NCBI GenBank assembly: GCA_020249045.1
Contig: JADCGK010000015.1
Location: 4,944 to 68,943 of the forward strand
DNA from: Azospirillum sp.
Lineage (GTDB): Bacteria; Pseudomonadota; Alphaproteobacteria; CACIAM-22H2
Reading direction: 5' to 3'
DNA length: 64,000 nt
Part shown: one piece after another, positions 29,972 to 39,718 of the stretch
Layout: each line of letters opens with the position of its first letter
Numbering within the stretch: position 1 is the stretch's first letter
The notes under the pieces: generated by a model
Database searches by the model: none
Seen by the model: only the letters and a program-made list of their open reading frames with translations
Told to the model about the DNA's origin: nothing
Translations under genes and position numbers: made by a program

Positions 29972-31267
29972 ATGCACAACCTGTCCCGCCGCAAGCTTCT
30001 CGCCGCCTCGGCCGCCGCCGCAGGCACCCTCGCCGCGCCCGGCTACCTGCGCGCGCAGTCGCAGACCGTCGAGTTGTCGGTCCAGTATTCGATTCCCGTG
30101 TTGTTCAAGGATCTCATCGAGAAGCTCGTCGCCGGGTTCAACTCGGCCAATCCCTCGATCCGCGTGTCGTTGCGCGCGCCCGAACTCGGCTACGAAGAGA
30201 TCATGCAGCGCAATCTGCGCGACGCCATCACCAACACTTTGCCGGACGTCGCGTTCCACGGTCTGAACCGCCAGCGCACACTCGACGAGCGGCAGATCCC
30301 TGTCGATCTGCGGCCGTTCATGGCGGGCGACCCCGAGACGCCGTCGCTCGGCTTCTCCGACGCGCTGCTTTCGCTCGGCCGCGTGGGCGCCAAACAGACG
30401 GGCGTCGGCTTCGCGCTGTCGACGCCGATCCTCTACTACAACGCCGAATTGCTGCGCGCGGCGGGCGGTAACCCCGAGCGCCTGCCCGAATCTTGGGACG
30501 AATTGCTGCGCTTGGCCGCGGCGATCCACAATCCCGGTCGGTCGCACACCGGCATGTTCTTCGACTGGACGATCACCGGCAACTGGTCGTGGCAGGGCCT
30601 CGTCTTTTCGCACGGCGGCTCGATGCTCAACGCCGAGGAAACGCGCGTCGCCTTCAACGAAGAGCCCGGGATGCGCGCGATCCGGCTGATGCGCCGCATG
30701 CTCGACGACGGTCGCATGCCCGACATCCAGCCGGCCACGATGTTCCAGGACTTCCTGGCCGGCCGGATGGGCATCGCCATGCAGTCGACGGCCCAACTTG
30801 GCCGCTTCAATCGCGAGATCGGCGGCCGCTTCGGGCTGGTGTGCGGGCGTTACCCGCTTTCCGCGCCGACCGCGCGTCTTCCCTCGGGGGGCAACGTCGC
30901 GATGATGTTCACCAAGGACGCCGCAAAACAGCGCGCCGCCTGGCAGTTCATCAAGTATTGCTGCGGCCCCATCGGCGCCACCGAAATGGTCCGCGCCACC
31001 GGCTACGTTCCTGCGACCACGGTGCCCGCGACGCGCGAGGACATGCTGGCCGGATTCTATCGCGACAACCCCAATCACATGATCGCAATCCGCCAACTCG
31101 ACGTGCTGACCGGTTGGTACGCCTTCCCCGGCCAGAACGCGCTTCGCATCACCGACGTGATCAACGACCACCTCCAGACGGTCGTCAACAAGTCGCGGGA
31201 ACCGGAAGCCGCGATGGCGAGCATGGCGCAGGCGGTCCAAGGTCTCCTGCCGCGGCGCGCGGGTTGA
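29972..31267 (+). CDS. ABC transporter extracellular solute-binding protein (family 1), Tat signal
   Basis: It opens with MHNLSRRKLLAASAAAAGTLAAPGYLRA and is 431 aa long, an SBP_bac_1-like size. Confidence 0.85.
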   Translation: MHNLSRRKLLAASAAAAGTLAAPGYLRAQSQTVELSVQYSIPVLFKDLIEKLVAGFNSANPSIRVSLRAPELGYEEIMQRNLRDAITNTLPDVAFHGLNRQRTLDERQIPVDLRPFMAGDPETPSLGFSDALLSLGRVGAKQTGVGFALSTPILYYNAELLRAAGGNPERLPESWDELLRLAAAIHNPGRSHTGMFFDWTITGNWSWQGLVFSHGGSMLNAEETRVAFNEEPGMRAIRLMRRMLDDGRMPDIQPATMFQDFLAGRMGIAMQSTAQLGRFNREIGGRFGLVCGRYPLSAPTARLPSGGNVAMMFTKDAAKQRAAWQFIKYCCGPIGATEMVRATGYVPATTVPATREDMLAGFYRDNPNHMIAIRQLDVLTGWYAFPGQNALRITDVINDHLQTVVNKSREPEAAMASMAQAVQGLLPRRAG

Positions 31268-31291
31268 TCCCGCACGGAAAGGAAGCAGATC

Positions 31292-32149
31292 ATGCGTCTG
31301 GCGGTCGTCACCGACATCCACCACGGACGGGTCACGTTCGTGAAACAGGGGCCGCGCGCGCTCGGCTTGCTCGAGGCCGCCCTGCGCCGGGCGCGCGAGG
31401 CCAAGGTCGACGCGGTCGTCGAACTCGGCGACCGCATCTCGGACGTCGATGCGGCGGCCGATTTCGCCCTGGAGAGCGAAGTCGGCCGCGTTTTCGCCGA
31501 GAGCGGCCTCGCGCGGCATCACATCTGCGGCAACCACGATCGCGCGCATCTTTCCGCCGATCGCAACGCCGTGGCTTTGAACGCCCCGTTGGGCACGCGG
31601 GCGGTCGAACTCGGCGACATTCGGTTGGCGTTCTGGGAGCCGGATGTGTCGCTGTCGCGCGCGCGGGGCTTTTCGCTCGCGCCGGGCGACCTCGAATCGC
31701 TGCGCGATCTGTTGGGACGAAGCGATCGGCGTACGATCCTGTTCAGTCACGCGCCCCTATCCGGCCACTCGATGCGCGGGAATTACTGGTTCGAGAACAA
31801 TCCCGCGCACGCGACCTACGCCCAAATCGACGACATCCGAAAAATCCTTGCCGAGGCGCCGTGCCCGCTGCTCGCGATCGCCGGTCATGTGCATTGGAAT
31901 TCGGTCGCCGACGTCGACGGCACGACCCACTTGACGCTCCACTCGCTGAGCGACAGTACGTTCAGCCATCCAGAGCCGTCGGGCGCCTTCGGCTGGTTGA
32001 CGGTCGAAGCCGATCACGTCTTATGGCGGGTCGACGGTCTCTCGCCGGTCGCGATGGAGCTCCCGTTTCCAGCGGCGAAATCGAGCCGCCCGGCGACATT
32101 GCCGCGCTTTTCCGACCTGGCGAAGGGTGCTGACCTGATCTCCGCCTAA
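31292..32149 (+). CDS. Metallophosphoesterase (calcineurin-like)
   Basis: …VVTDIHHG…, …GDRISD…, …GNHDR… and …GHVHWN… are metallophosphatase motifs. Confidence 0.7.
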   Translation: MRLAVVTDIHHGRVTFVKQGPRALGLLEAALRRAREAKVDAVVELGDRISDVDAAADFALESEVGRVFAESGLARHHICGNHDRAHLSADRNAVALNAPLGTRAVELGDIRLAFWEPDVSLSRARGFSLAPGDLESLRDLLGRSDRRTILFSHAPLSGHSMRGNYWFENNPAHATYAQIDDIRKILAEAPCPLLAIAGHVHWNSVADVDGTTHLTLHSLSDSTFSHPEPSGAFGWLTVEADHVLWRVDGLSPVAMELPFPAAKSSRPATLPRFSDLAKGADLISA

Positions 32150-32463
32150 CGCGCGGCGGGCTCCGGTGGCGGGGGAAGTTCGCCGAGCGCGGCAAGGCCC
32201 AGGGCACAGCCGCAAAACGGGCAATCGCTGGCCAAGGCCAGATCGCGGGCCTGGGTCTCGGGCAGGCCGCGGCCCTCCAGTTCGGCGATCATCGCATCGA
32301 TCTGGCGCCGGTGTTCGTTGCGCGCTTCGCAAGCGGCGATCACGAGCCGCTGGCGTGGGGCGTCCATTTCCTCGATGCGCAAGGCCAACGCCGCCGGCGC
32401 AACGGCCGGGACGGCGGCCAAACCCAACGCGGTACGGAGCATCTGACGGCGGGTGTTCGACAT
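32146..32463 (-). CDS. Small Tat-signal protein with CxxC motif (hypothetical)
   Basis: MSNTRRQMLRTALGLAAVPAVAPAALA followed by …CPFCGC…. A good RBS (GGAGG) precedes it, and it converges on the previous gene with a 4-nt overlap. Confidence 0.5.
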   Translation of the reverse strand: MSNTRRQMLRTALGLAAVPAVAPAALALRIEEMDAPRQRLVIAACEARNEHRRQIDAMIAELEGRGLPETQARDLALASDCPFCGCALGLAALGELPPPPEPAAR

Positions 32464-32560
32464 GGGGCCTCCGGGCTATCCGATTAATATAGGGCCGTTA
32501 TCCGGGCTTGCCAAATCCCCAGCGGACCGCCACATACCCCCGGTCACTGTTTTGTCCCCC

Positions 32561-33280
32561 ATGCCCCTGGTTCGCATGCCCTTCCGGCGTTTACTGGCTG
32601 TTCTCCTGGCCCTGGCCTTTACCGCCGCCATTTTCGCGGCGCCTGCATCGGCCGCCGGTCAGGCGATGCGCGGCGTGCCGCCCGAGGGGCGCTTGGAATT
32701 CTCGGTCGTCAAGTCCGGGGCCGAAATCGGCCGGCACGCGATCCGTTTCTCCGAGAAAGACGGCGCCTTGATCGTCGATATCGAGGCGAGTTTGCGCGTG
32801 CGCTTCGCCTTCGTCACGGTCTACCGCTACGCCCAGCGTACGCGGGAAACCTGGCGCGACGGGGCGCTGGTGGCGTTCGAAAGCGATATCGACGACAACG
32901 GCACGCCCTTTCGTGTGCGCGCCGAGCTGCGCGAGGGCGCGCTGCACGTGAACGGACACGAGGAAAAGCTGGCGCTTGCCCGCGGGACGCATCCGTTGAG
33001 CTATTGGAATCCGGATTTGATGCGTCAATCCAAAGGGATCGACCTGCAGTGGGGGTCGCTCGCCGAACTCGACGTCGCCGAACGGGGCATCGAACGGCGT
33101 AAGGTGCGCGGCGCCGAGGTCGAAACCCGGCGCTTCAACATGAAGGGCACGGAAGTGAAGGCCGGCAAGCGCCAGCCCAAACCCTGGCTGGATGTCGACG
33201 CGTGGTACACGGCCGAAGGCAAGCTGGTCGGCATGGCGTTCCATTATCGCGGCTTCGATTTCGACTACGTGCTGCAGTGA
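32561..33280 (+). CDS. Hypothetical secreted protein (DUF6134/DUF3108-like)
   Basis: A signal peptide (…MPFRRLLAVLLALAFTAAIFAAPASAAGQA) with a beta-rich, conserved-looking remainder. Confidence 0.55.
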   Translation: MPLVRMPFRRLLAVLLALAFTAAIFAAPASAAGQAMRGVPPEGRLEFSVVKSGAEIGRHAIRFSEKDGALIVDIEASLRVRFAFVTVYRYAQRTRETWRDGALVAFESDIDDNGTPFRVRAELREGALHVNGHEEKLALARGTHPLSYWNPDLMRQSKGIDLQWGSLAELDVAERGIERRKVRGAEVETRRFNMKGTEVKAGKRQPKPWLDVDAWYTAEGKLVGMAFHYRGFDFDYVLQ

Positions 33281-33311
33281 ACCGTCCGGCGGGCGGGGGC
33301 GTATCGTGACC

Positions 33312-34046
33312 ATGGAAATCGCACCCGTCTGGATCACCGGCGCCTCGTCGGGCATCGGCCGCGGCCTCGCGCTCAAACTGGCGCGCGAAGGCCGCAAGGT
33401 CGTCGTCTCTGCCCGCTCGGCCGAAGCGCTTGCCGATTTGGCGCGCGAACACCCCAACCTTGCCGCCTGGCCGCTCGATACGACCGACGCCGACGCATGC
33501 GCGGCGGCCATCGCCGGAATCGAAGCCGCGCACGGCAAGATCGCCCTCGCCGTGCTCAACGCCGGCACGCATATCCCCACTCCGGCCGCCGATTTCCGGA
33601 TCGCCGACGCCAAACGGCTGATCGACGTCAACCTGACGGGCACCGTCAACGCCCTGGCCCCGCTGTTGGGCCGCCGCACGCGGCACATCGCGATCGTCGC
33701 CTCGGTCGCCGGCTATTCGGGTTTGCCGACGGCCGCGATCTACGGCGCCACCAAAGCGGCCCTCATCAACATGTGCGAGGCGCTGAAGCCCGAGTGCGAC
33801 GCGCTGGGCATCAAGCTCCAACTCGTCGATCCCGGCTTCGTCCGCACGCCGCTGACGGACAAGAACGAGTTTCCGATGCCGTTCCTGATGGAGCTCGACG
33901 CGGCGGTCGACGCGTTCGCGCGCGGGCTCGCCGCCGACAGGTTCGAAATCGTCTTCCCGCGCCGCTTCGCCCTCATCCTGAAATTCTTGCGTTTGCTCCC
34001 TTACGGGCTCTATTTCCGGCTCGTCCGCCGCATGACGGGAGTTTGA
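33312..34046 (+). CDS. Short-chain dehydrogenase/reductase (SDR)
   Basis: TGASSGIGRG Rossmann motif and the catalytic YGATK. Confidence 0.85.
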   Translation: MEIAPVWITGASSGIGRGLALKLAREGRKVVVSARSAEALADLAREHPNLAAWPLDTTDADACAAAIAGIEAAHGKIALAVLNAGTHIPTPAADFRIADAKRLIDVNLTGTVNALAPLLGRRTRHIAIVASVAGYSGLPTAAIYGATKAALINMCEALKPECDALGIKLQLVDPGFVRTPLTDKNEFPMPFLMELDAAVDAFARGLAADRFEIVFPRRFALILKFLRLLPYGLYFRLVRRMTGV

Positions 34047-34050
34047 CCGA

Positions 34051-34485
34051 ATGGAGCTGCGCGCCGCCTTGGACCGCTACGCCCGTTTCTACGAAACGAT
34101 GTCGCGGGCCGATCTCGAGACGCTCGACCGGTTCGTGACCGAGGACGTGCGCTTCAAGGATCCGTTCAACGACGTGACCGGCGTGGACGCGATGGCGCGG
34201 TGCCTCGCCATGGCCTACGATCACGGCACGCCGAAATTCGAGGTTCTGGACCGCGCCGCCTCCGAACGGGCGGGCTACCTGCTGTGGCGCTATACCTCCA
34301 CGCCGAAGGGCGCCAGCGTTCCCGCTTGGATCGTCGAGGGCATGAGCGAGGTCCGCTTCGCGCCCGACGGCCGGGCCGTCGAGCATATCGACCACTGGGA
34401 TTCGGGCGAGCAGTTCTACCTTCGCCTGCCGATCATCGGGTGGCTGGTCGGCAAGGTGCGCGCCAGGCTCAAGGTTGGCGCTTAA
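34051..34485 (+). CDS. NTF2-like/SnoaL-like family protein
   Basis: A 144-aa ORF immediately after the SDR, with a typical SnoaL-like size and hydrophobic pattern. Confidence 0.6.
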   Translation: MELRAALDRYARFYETMSRADLETLDRFVTEDVRFKDPFNDVTGVDAMARCLAMAYDHGTPKFEVLDRAASERAGYLLWRYTSTPKGASVPAWIVEGMSEVRFAPDGRAVEHIDHWDSGEQFYLRLPIIGWLVGKVRARLKVGA

Positions 34486-34996
34486 ACACGATCGTGACCG
34501 AACCGATCTGGATGCCCCAACGATAGACGTAGGCGCGGTTGATCAACACGCCATCCGATTGCAGGAACATCCAGTCGTCGAAGCGCACCTTCCAGCGCCC
34601 GTCGCCGACCTTCAAATTCAGGTAATAGCCGAAATTGAACGCGTTGCCGGCGGCCCGGCCTTGCGCTGCGCCGATCGCGTCCTCGGTCCGGCCTTCCCAA
34701 GCGTCCGGCCCCGTGCGCTTGAGGCGCCAGACGCGCCGCTCGCGCTCGCCGTCGGTGTAAAGGAACCGCTCGTCGAGGACGAACTCGTCGCCGACCCAAG
34801 CGCCCTCGATGTCGACCGCGAACTCGCGCCGCAGATTGCCGAGGCGGTCCTCGAAAATCCCCCACGCGCGGGTCGTGCCGAGGAAGTATTCCTCGATCTT
34901 CAGTTCGGGCGTCTTGCCCTTGAAATCTTCGATCTTCATGCCGCCGCATCCCGCCAAGGTCAGGGCCAGCGCGAGGCCCAAGAGAATCCGTTTCAT
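34469..34996 (-). CDS. DUF3833-family lipoprotein
   Basis: MKRILLGLALALTLAGCGG (lipobox) plus conserved …FFEGTWRAWGIF…-like core. The start overlaps the stop of the upstream MFS gene. Confidence 0.65.
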   Translation of the reverse strand: MKRILLGLALALTLAGCGGMKIEDFKGKTPELKIEEYFLGTTRAWGIFEDRLGNLRREFAVDIEGAWVGDEFVLDERFLYTDGERERRVWRLKRTGPDAWEGRTEDAIGAAQGRAAGNAFNFGYYLNLKVGDGRWKVRFDDWMFLQSDGVLINRAYVYRWGIQIGSVTIVFKRQP

Positions 34997-36345
34997 GCCG
35001 ACATCGTCCTCGCTTCGATCCGCGCACGCAACGCGCCTTGCGCGCGCGCGTCGAGCGGAAAGTTCCAGATGACCGCCACGGCCGCCAATTTGAAGGCGAC
35101 CGGCACCCAAGCATATAGAACGGCGAGCGCGAAAAGCCCGTCGCCCGTGCCCGCGCCGCGCGCGTAGCCGGCGAACTCGAGGGCGGGAAAAGCGAGTGCC
35201 GGCGCCAACGCCAGCGCAAGCTTGGTCGCGACCGACCACAGTGCGAAGTAAAGACCCGCGCGCGCCGCCCCGGTTTCGGCCGTTTCCGCGTCGATCGCGT
35301 CGGCCTGCATCGAGGCGGGCAGCGACAGATCCGCGCCGAGGCAGAAGCCCGTCGCCACGCAGATCGCGGCGAACCAGATCCCATCCCCCGCCCCCAGCAG
35401 CGGCGCCGGCAGGAAGGCAAGACAGCTCGCCAGCATCGCCACGCACCAGGCGCGGTGCTTGCTGGTGCGCCGGGCGTAGGCGAGCCAGAACGGCACGGAG
35501 GCCAGCCCGCACAGGAAATAGATCAGCAAGAACGCGCCTTCCTGCCCTTGCGCGTCGAGCACATCACCCGCGTAGAGCAAAAACAACGTGGCAGGCAGCG
35601 CGTTGGCCACACCGTTGACGAGGTAGCTTGCGATCAGCCGCCGGAACGGCAGATTGGCGCGCAACGCGCCGAGGCCCGCACGCCAGCCCGGCCAGGCCGA
35701 GGGTATTGCGGTCTTGGGCTCGGGCACGCGCAGCAGCAAAACGACGCCCGCAACCGGCAGCAGCACCGCACAGCTCCACAAGATCGCGCGCAATGCGGCT
35801 TCCTCGACCGGGCGGCCAGGTTCGCCGGGCAGCAGCACCGGCAAAGCCGAGGCGACCGCGACGCCCGCCACGGTCAGGCTTTCGCGCCACGCGGTCACGC
35901 GGTTGCGGGCGTGGTATTCGGTCGCGAGTTCAGCCCCCCACGCTTGATGCGGGATCTGCAGCATCGACCAGCCGAGATAGACGGCAAGCATCCAGAACAG
36001 CAGATAGCCCGCCCCCGCGCTCGCCGGCGGATCGAACAACGCCCAACTCGCCCCGATGGTCACCGGCAGCGCCGCCAGCAGCCAAGGCCGCCGCCGGCCG
36101 ATGGGCGTGCGCGTGCGGTCGGACAGGAACCCGATCGCCGGATCGACCGCGACGTCCCAAAGCCGCGCGACCAGCAGCACGAGGCCGATGGCCGACAGCG
36201 TCAACGTCGTCGCTTGCGCGTAATAGGCCGGCAGAAACACGAGCAACGGCAGCCCCAGCATCGCCGCGGGCAACGCCGGGGCGGCATAGGCGATCAAAAC
36301 GCCGGTCGTCGGCTCCCCCCGAGGCGCCCGGTCAGGGGCGGACAA
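34993..36345 (-). CDS. MFS transporter (MFS_2 / glycoside-pentoside-hexuronide-like)
   Basis: A 12-TM profile with a conserved D/R motif in loop 2-3 (…GFLSDRTRTPIGRRRPW…). Confidence 0.8.
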   Translation of the reverse strand: MSAPDRAPRGEPTTGVLIAYAAPALPAAMLGLPLLVFLPAYYAQATTLTLSAIGLVLLVARLWDVAVDPAIGFLSDRTRTPIGRRRPWLLAALPVTIGASWALFDPPASAGAGYLLFWMLAVYLGWSMLQIPHQAWGAELATEYHARNRVTAWRESLTVAGVAVASALPVLLPGEPGRPVEEAALRAILWSCAVLLPVAGVVLLLRVPEPKTAIPSAWPGWRAGLGALRANLPFRRLIASYLVNGVANALPATLFLLYAGDVLDAQGQEGAFLLIYFLCGLASVPFWLAYARRTSKHRAWCVAMLASCLAFLPAPLLGAGDGIWFAAICVATGFCLGADLSLPASMQADAIDAETAETGAARAGLYFALWSVATKLALALAPALAFPALEFAGYARGAGTGDGLFALAVLYAWVPVAFKLAAVAVIWNFPLDARAQGALRARIEARTMSA

Positions 36346-37537
36346 GGGCGACCTGCGTCACGTCCGTCGAACCCGAGCGGAACCCGGCCTCGCAATAGGC
36401 GAGGTAGAACTCCCACATGCGCTTGAAGCGGACGTCGAAACCCAGCGGCTCGATCTCCGTCCAGCGCGACTGGAAGCGCGCGTTCCATTCGGCGAGCGTG
36501 CGCGCGTAGTCGAGGCCGAAGAACTCCTGCTTGGCGAGCGTCAGGCCCGCGCGTTCGTATTCGCGCGCCAGAGCGGCGTTGGACGGCAGCATGCCGCCCG
36601 GGAAGATGTAGCGCTGGATGAAATCCACGCCCGAGCGGTAGGAGTCGAAGAACCGGTCGGCGATCGTGATGATCTGCAATGCCGCCCGCCCGCCCGGCGC
36701 CAGCGCCTCGCGCAACTTGCCGAAATAGGCGGGCCAGTATTTCTCGCCCACCGCCTCGAACATCTCGATCGACGCGATGCGGTCGTAGCGTCCCTCGACG
36801 TCGCGATAGTCGACGAACTTCGCCTCGATCCGTTCGCCCAGCCCTTCGCTTTGGACCTTGGCGCGGGTGTGCTCGAGCTGCTCCTTCGACACCGTGATTG
36901 CGGTGACTTGGGCCTGATATTCCTTGGCGAGATAGGCCGCAAAACCGCCCCAACCGCAGCCGATTTCGAGCACGCGCTGGCCGGGTTTCACGTCCAGCTT
37001 TTCGGCCATGCGGCGGAACTTGGCGCGCTGGGCATCCTCGAGATCGGCAATGCCCGGTTCGTAGACCGCCGAGGAATACGCCATCGTCGGGTCGAGCCAC
37101 CGCGAATAGAAGGCGTTGCCGAGGTCGTAGTGGTAGGCGATGTTCTTCTTCGATCCGGTGCGGGTATTCGCACGCAACGCATGCCACAAACGGCGCGCGA
37201 GGTTGAGCGCTGGCGCGAGCGCGCTGGCTTTGCCGTAATGCAGATCGTTGCATGCCGCTTCGTTGCGCGCGGCGAGTTCGAGCACGGCGGCCAAATCGGG
37301 CGTGTCCCAATCCCCGTCCATATAGGCTTCCGCGAACCCGACATTCCCGCCGAACATCAACCGGCGCGCGGCGCGGCGATGGCGGACGATCAGCTTGGCC
37401 GACGGCCCCTCGACCGCCCCTTGGAAAATCCGCGACGCCCCGCCCGGCAGGACGATTTCGAGACGCCCGATTTCGATGCGCTGGGCCGCGAGCAGCAAGG
37501 CCCCCATCGCCCAACCGTTCGAATCAGCTTCGCGCAT
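36332..37537 (-). CDS. cfa: Cyclopropane-fatty-acyl-phospholipid synthase
   Basis: SAM-binding VLEIGCGWGG and CFA synthase family similarity along its length. Confidence 0.9.
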   Translation of the reverse strand: MREADSNGWAMGALLLAAQRIEIGRLEIVLPGGASRIFQGAVEGPSAKLIVRHRRAARRLMFGGNVGFAEAYMDGDWDTPDLAAVLELAARNEAACNDLHYGKASALAPALNLARRLWHALRANTRTGSKKNIAYHYDLGNAFYSRWLDPTMAYSSAVYEPGIADLEDAQRAKFRRMAEKLDVKPGQRVLEIGCGWGGFAAYLAKEYQAQVTAITVSKEQLEHTRAKVQSEGLGERIEAKFVDYRDVEGRYDRIASIEMFEAVGEKYWPAYFGKLREALAPGGRAALQIITIADRFFDSYRSGVDFIQRYIFPGGMLPSNAALAREYERAGLTLAKQEFFGLDYARTLAEWNARFQSRWTEIEPLGFDVRFKRMWEFYLAYCEAGFRSGSTDVTQVALVRP

Positions 37538-38330
37538 GGCCGATTCCTCCCTCCGCCACCCCGGCGAGTTCGACGGCCGCAGCGGGAGGTGCGGGCCGGG
37601 GGTGGTACTTCGCGCCTTTGAGCCACAACTTAAGCGCCTCCCAATGAATCCCGACGATGACCTTGAGCGTCAAGAGGGGATAAGCGACGAACGCCTTGGC
37701 GAATTCGGCGTCGGCGAAGGGCGCGCGCTCGGCGACGTGTGTGGCGATCAACAACTCGCCCTCGGGGACGCTTTGCCGGATCAACATCGCGAAGCGGTCC
37801 TCGGGCGCGTCGACGCGGAAGCGATAGGTCGCGCGCATGCCGATGAAGGGCGAAACGTGGAAATTCTTCTCGGCACGCTGGACGACCGGCGCATCGGCTG
37901 TGCGGGCGGGATCGACCGGGATCAGATAGCCGTGCTGCTCGCCGAAGGTATTCTTGACCTCGTAGAGCATCGCGGCGAGCCGGCCGGCCGCGTCGTGGCA
38001 GAAATACACGGTCAGTGGGTTGAACGCGTAACCCAGGATGCGCGGAAAGCAATGGGCGTAGATCTTCGCACCCGCCGCCGCGAGGCCCGCGTCGGCCAGC
38101 CGCGCGCGAACCCAATGCAGCGCCGGAGTGCCGTCGCGCGCGCCGTGGTCGCGATCCTGGAACGAGAACAGCCGCGCGCGGTTGTAGCCGAACAACTTCG
38201 AGCGCGCGTCGAGGGCGGGCAGTTCCTCGAGATCGACGAGCATGGAAAACACGCGGTAGGCGAAGCGATGGCGGAACGGCCGCAAGCGGGCGTGCATCAC
38301 TTGACCAAAGTAAAGGCAGGATTGCGGCAT
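37524..38330 (-). CDS. DUF1365-family protein
   Basis: …VMHARLRPFRHRFAYRVFSMLVDLEEL… is the DUF1365 signature. It sits between the FAD oxidoreductase and cfa, as in known operons. Confidence 0.8.
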   Translation of the reverse strand: MPQSCLYFGQVMHARLRPFRHRFAYRVFSMLVDLEELPALDARSKLFGYNRARLFSFQDRDHGARDGTPALHWVRARLADAGLAAAGAKIYAHCFPRILGYAFNPLTVYFCHDAAGRLAAMLYEVKNTFGEQHGYLIPVDPARTADAPVVQRAEKNFHVSPFIGMRATYRFRVDAPEDRFAMLIRQSVPEGELLIATHVAERAPFADAEFAKAFVAYPLLTLKVIVGIHWEALKLWLKGAKYHPRPAPPAAAVELAGVAEGGIGHARS

Positions 38331-38343
38331 GGTGCTTCGAAGT

Positions 38344-39717
38344 CTACTCGGCCGCCGCGGGTAACGGCAGGGGGGCGGACGCCACCGCCGTTCCCCAAGG
38401 CCGGCGCACGCCGAAGGTTTCGGCCGCGGCAAGACCGCTGCGCAACCCGTCCTCGTGGAAGCCATAGCCGGTCCAAGCCCCCGCGAAGACGAGTCCGCGA
38501 GCACCCTGGATTTCGGGCAGCCGCGCTTGGGCGGCGAGTGTGCCGGCGTCGAAGGCGGGATGCATGTATTCCCACGCGCCCAGTACCGTCTCGGGGCGGG
38601 GCGCCCGGATCGGATTGAGCGACACGAACAGCGGAAAATCCGCGTCGAGATTCTGAAGGCGGTTCATCCAATAGGTGACCGAGACCAGCCGTTCGCCGGT
38701 CATGTCGGTCCCCTCGCGCTCCGCGAGATAGTTCCAGCTCGCCCACGCGAGTTTGCGTTTGGGCATCAGGGCGAGATCCTGATGCAGCACCGCAAGATTG
38801 GGCTGGAAGGTGAAGGCGCCCAGGATGTCGCGCTCCTGCGGCGTGGGGTTCTCGAGCAGCGCCAAGCTCTCGTCCGCGTGGCCCGCGAGAACGACGCGAT
38901 CGAAGCGCCGCACTTTGCCGTCCTGACCGCGCACTTTCACCCCGCCCGGCTCCACCCGCACGCCCGCGGCCCCGTTCTCGCGCCCCAGCGAAGGACCGAT
39001 ATCGGCAAGGATCGCCTTCACGTATTCGCGCGAGCCGCCTTTGACCGTGCGCCACAGCGGCCGGTCGAAGATCTGCAACAGGCCGTGGTTGCGGAAGAAC
39101 GCGCAGAAGCTGCGCGCCGGGAATTCGAGCATTTTCGAGGGCGGGCAGGACCAGATCGCCGCCGCCATCGGAATCAGATGGTTTTCCACGAATTCGCGCG
39201 AATATCGGCCCCGGATCAGGAATTCGCCCAAGGTCGGGCCTCCGACGCCACCCGCGGCCATCGCCGTGCCGTCCCGGAAAAAGCGCATCGCGTCGCGCAG
39301 CATGCGCCAATGGCCGGGGCGCAGCAGATTCGACGGTTGCGCGAACAATCCGGTCCACGTGCCGCCCGAATACTCGACGCGGCCGCGGTCGATCGACGCG
39401 GCGAAGGACATGTTCGAGGTTTCGCTCGCCACGCCCAAGCGATCGAACAATGCGATCAGATTGGGATAGGTCGCTTCGTTGTAGACGATGAAGCCGGTGT
39501 CGACCGGGATCGCGCGCGAGCTGCCGTCCTTGGCCTTGGCGACGACCTCGACCGTATGGGCGTGGCCGCCCAAGCGCGCTTCCTTCTCGTAGAGCGTCAC
39601 CCGATGTCGCTTGGACAGCAGCCACGCCGCACCGAGCCCCGAAACGCCCGCGCCGATCACGGCGATATCCATCGGGCGCGACCCGTCCGGGCCGGCGAAA
39701 TCGTCGTGCGGCGTCAT
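38344..39717 (-). CDS. NAD(P)/FAD-dependent oxidoreductase (amine oxidase-like)
   Basis: An N-terminal dinucleotide motif IAVIGAGVSGLGAA…YEKEARLGGH. Confidence 0.85.
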   Translation of the reverse strand: MTPHDDFAGPDGSRPMDIAVIGAGVSGLGAAWLLSKRHRVTLYEKEARLGGHAHTVEVVAKAKDGSSRAIPVDTGFIVYNEATYPNLIALFDRLGVASETSNMSFAASIDRGRVEYSGGTWTGLFAQPSNLLRPGHWRMLRDAMRFFRDGTAMAAGGVGGPTLGEFLIRGRYSREFVENHLIPMAAAIWSCPPSKMLEFPARSFCAFFRNHGLLQIFDRPLWRTVKGGSREYVKAILADIGPSLGRENGAAGVRVEPGGVKVRGQDGKVRRFDRVVLAGHADESLALLENPTPQERDILGAFTFQPNLAVLHQDLALMPKRKLAWASWNYLAEREGTDMTGERLVSVTYWMNRLQNLDADFPLFVSLNPIRAPRPETVLGAWEYMHPAFDAGTLAAQARLPEIQGARGLVFAGAWTGYGFHEDGLRSGLAAAETFGVRRPWGTAVASAPLPLPAAAE

Positions 39718-39718
39718 T

